Shown here: one piece after another, positions 38,877-40,778 of the stretch
Layout of the letters: each line of letters starts with the position of its first letter
How positions within the stretch are numbered: position 1 is the stretch's first letter
DNA from: a virus
IMG/VR virus record: IMGVR_UViG_3300045988_096734
Span: 1 to 40,778 of that record
Length of the DNA: 40,778 nt
Direction: 5' to 3' (one strand)
Position numbers and translations under genes: made by a program
The notes under the pieces: generated by a model
Told to the model about the DNA's origin: nothing
Databases searched by the model: none
What the model saw: only the letters and a program-made list of their open reading frames with translations

Positions 38877-40289
38877 TTACTCTGGAAACAGCATTTCTTC
38901 CTTGGGCTGGGCTTCATCCACCATAGCCTTGGCTTCTTCCTCGCTCATGCCCTCAAATTTTACAAAAAACATCCATGCAGGAACTTTGCCCGCTTGAACA
39001 TATTGCCACCACCGCAGGCGGTCTTCTTCTCGATTATATGTAATGTCTCCGAAGTCATATGTTACTTCATACGTTCCAGCCGGAGCCAGTCCGTAAAGCG
39101 TAGCCATAACATCCAATGCATAGATGGTATCATCCAAACAGTCCTCTAATTTGTCCCGGACATCCTTGATAAACTGGATTGTTCTGCGGTCATCTGATTC
39201 GACCTGCGTTGCGGTAACCATGCCAGTTTTTTGATTGAATACAAAATATCCATTGCTGAAGCCAATTTTATATCCGATCTGTGACAGAATAGCATTGATT
39301 CCATCCAGTCGGGTCTGTGTCTGCAGTGTGGGATTGATCTCCTGGTAGAAGTCATCTGATCCGTTGCCCTCTACCACCTTGACATAATTCGGCATACCCA
39401 TCTTTTCTTTCATCATGCCTGCAGCAATGGTGGGATCAAGTCTAAATAACTCTGAAGACTGGAACGGGAACAGCTTGTCAGAATCCATCAACACTGTGCG
39501 CTTGCTGTCCGCGATCTCCTTGCTGTTTCGGCTGTAAGCAATATCAAGGTCTTTCAATTCCTCAATAGCTTCTGCGAATATAGGCATAGACAGTGGACTA
39601 CTGATGTCGATATTATTCGCTTGAGGAGTGCGCAGAACACCGTACAAAGACTGTTCTATACCACCTATCACAGCACTTTTAAGCAATCCATTCCACGGTG
39701 TCTCGGAAATATCAACCTTTTTGTATGTATCATCCTTGCTCTTTCCCTCATAACACACATTGTCAATCAGATAAGAGCCATCATCCGAAAATCTGTGATA
39801 TTCCAGTCTGGTATACCACAGATTTTTTTTAACTTTTTCGGAAAAATAGAAGATAACACCAGTTATTTTATCATTGAAACATTCCGTCACCAAGAATCTG
39901 TCCGGTGTGAACAGGTCAATTCCTGTGCCGTTTGGCTTAAGGATCACTGTGCCGTACACGCAGCCATATTCTACCCAGTGCCGGAGATTAAAATACACAT
40001 TCTCAATCTGCTGTTGCAACCAGTCCGCCCGCGCAGAGCCATCAACCGTGATCCCAATTGCGAGAGTGGCCAGTCGCGCAACCTCGGAGCAGATAGACTT
40101 CGCAAAGTTGATAGTTTTGACATGGTCTTTATCATCCAACCATTCCGGCTTACCCTGATAGATCTGCACACACTGCTTGATAAATTTGTCCATCGTGTCT
40201 GTGTTGATAGCATCCACCAGGAATTCATCTTCCGCTTTTCTCTTTAATAGCATATTTACCCATCCTTTTATAGTCTGAATCAGTCCCAT
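38877..40289 (-). CDS. Portal protein (SPP1 gp6-like)
   Basis: 470 aa. The start overlaps the terminase stop (TAATG). The size and position are typical of portals. Confidence 0.85.
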   Translation of the reverse strand: MGLIQTIKGWVNMLLKRKAEDEFLVDAINTDTMDKFIKQCVQIYQGKPEWLDDKDHVKTINFAKSICSEVARLATLAIGITVDGSARADWLQQQIENVYFNLRHWVEYGCVYGTVILKPNGTGIDLFTPDRFLVTECFNDKITGVIFYFSEKVKKNLWYTRLEYHRFSDDGSYLIDNVCYEGKSKDDTYKKVDISETPWNGLLKSAVIGGIEQSLYGVLRTPQANNIDISSPLSMPIFAEAIEELKDLDIAYSRNSKEIADSKRTVLMDSDKLFPFQSSELFRLDPTIAAGMMKEKMGMPNYVKVVEGNGSDDFYQEINPTLQTQTRLDGINAILSQIGYKIGFSNGYFVFNQKTGMVTATQVESDDRRTIQFIKDVRDKLEDCLDDTIYALDVMATLYGLAPAGTYEVTYDFGDITYNREEDRLRWWQYVQAGKVPAWMFFVKFEGMSEEEAKAMVDEAQPKEEMLFPE

Positions 40290-40778
40290 TATGCGCTCGT
40301 ACCTCGCTTGTTAAACATTGATTCCGTTGCATACCTATCCGCATCAATACAATGATTGTCTTTATCCGGATAACCGCTTATTATGTTTCCATCTTTGTCT
40401 CTTTCATATTCATACTCTGTATATTCCTTGTATGTGACTGGTGTTCTTTTTGGGTCAATAACATGTGTATATCCTTGTAATGCTTTCATTCCATAATCAA
40501 CAGATCCCGGACCTTTTTTTGCACCAACAGCCGGTAATCCTGCATCCTTAAAATCATTTATGGACTTGGGTTCCGCACTATCACAAGTTATTCTATAATC
40601 ATTATATCCATGACTTATGATCCATTCTGCATTGTCAGAATTTTTAGTCTTATTCACACAATGTTCTGCTATGTGATAGATTTTTTTTCGATTTACATCA
40701 ACATACAATCTCTTAAATGCAAATATGTCCGGATACCATCCCCAATCAACTCCTTGAACTATTCGATCAAAATGAGAA
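40289..40778 (-). CDS. terL: Terminase large subunit, C-terminal (nuclease) part. Continues from 1..1208 through the wrap
   Basis: The frame is open to the window end. ...DSAEPKSINDFKDAGL...DKDNHCIDADRYATE is the RNaseH-like nuclease motif. The track shows only the TTG-initiated fragment 40289..40708. Confidence 0.9.
   Translation of the reverse strand, partial: SHFDRIVQGVDWGWYPDIFAFKRLYVDVNRKKIYHIAEHCVNKTKNSDNAEWIISHGYNDYRITCDSAEPKSINDFKDAGLPAVGAKKGPGSVDYGMKALQGYTHVIDPKRTPVTYKEYTEYEYERDKDGNIISGYPDKDNHCIDADRYATESMFNKRGTSA
40680..40778. repeat. Second copy of the 99-bp wrap-around overlap
   Basis: Identical to bases 1-99. Confidence 0.9.

Noticed and set aside
39621-40247. 208-aa plus-strand ORF
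   Set aside because: It is antisense to the portal gene and is a shadow ORF.

Overview
The window is a complete, circularly assembled genome of a temperate siphovirus-type phage or prophage. Bases 1-99 are identical to 40680-40778, so the unique length is 40,679 bp. The gene content (PBSX-type terminase, SPP1-like portal and MuF, YopX, DUF551, an NLQFF motif) suggests a Gram-positive, Clostridia-like host. Almost all genes are on the minus strand.

Gene order on the minus strand:
- **Packaging and head:** the large terminase is split by the contig wrap (1208..1 joined to 40679..40289). It is followed by portal, MuF/gp7-like protein, a ~3.5 kb inserted island plus a tRNA-like gene, scaffold and major capsid.
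- **Connectors and tail:** connector genes with an embedded holin-like gene, major tail protein, chaperones, tape measure, distal tail proteins and the tail fibre.
- **Lysis and lysogeny:** endolysin, then a plus-strand lysogeny block (large serine recombinase, zinc-ribbon/OB-fold membrane protein, CI-like repressor) facing a Cro-like early operon.
- **Replication and early genes:** P-loop ATPase, DUF669-like protein, GIY-YIG nuclease, CHC2 primase finger and a 635-aa helicase-type NTPase, followed by an iteron-type origin. Many small zinc-ribbon proteins, two N6/N4 DNA methyltransferases and a decapitated C5-methyltransferase follow.
- **Accessory islet:** a small bidirectional region (2.9-4.3 kb), then ParB-DUF4417 and two small GGRGASA proteins upstream of the terminase.

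Most notable observations:
1. A Mu G-segment-like invertible cassette (16-bp perfect in-frame inverted repeats) would swap the C-terminal tip of the tail fibre. No dedicated small invertase is present.
2. A tRNA-like gene has canonical acceptor, D and T arms but a non-canonical anticodon arm (GAA/Phe-like, 6- or 8-nt loop).
3. A terminator-punctuated island of unfamiliar N/Q-, Gly- and Cys-rich proteins, with a sigma-region-4-like regulator, is inserted into the head-morphogenesis operon.
4. Two small proteins share the N-terminus GGRGASA. One of them sits behind an L27/Prp-type NLQFF cleavage motif.
5. An iteron/AT-rich origin lies next to the helicase gene.
6. A truncated C5-methyltransferase abuts an 8-mer repeat array.

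No rRNA, CRISPR array, reverse transcriptase or transposase was seen.
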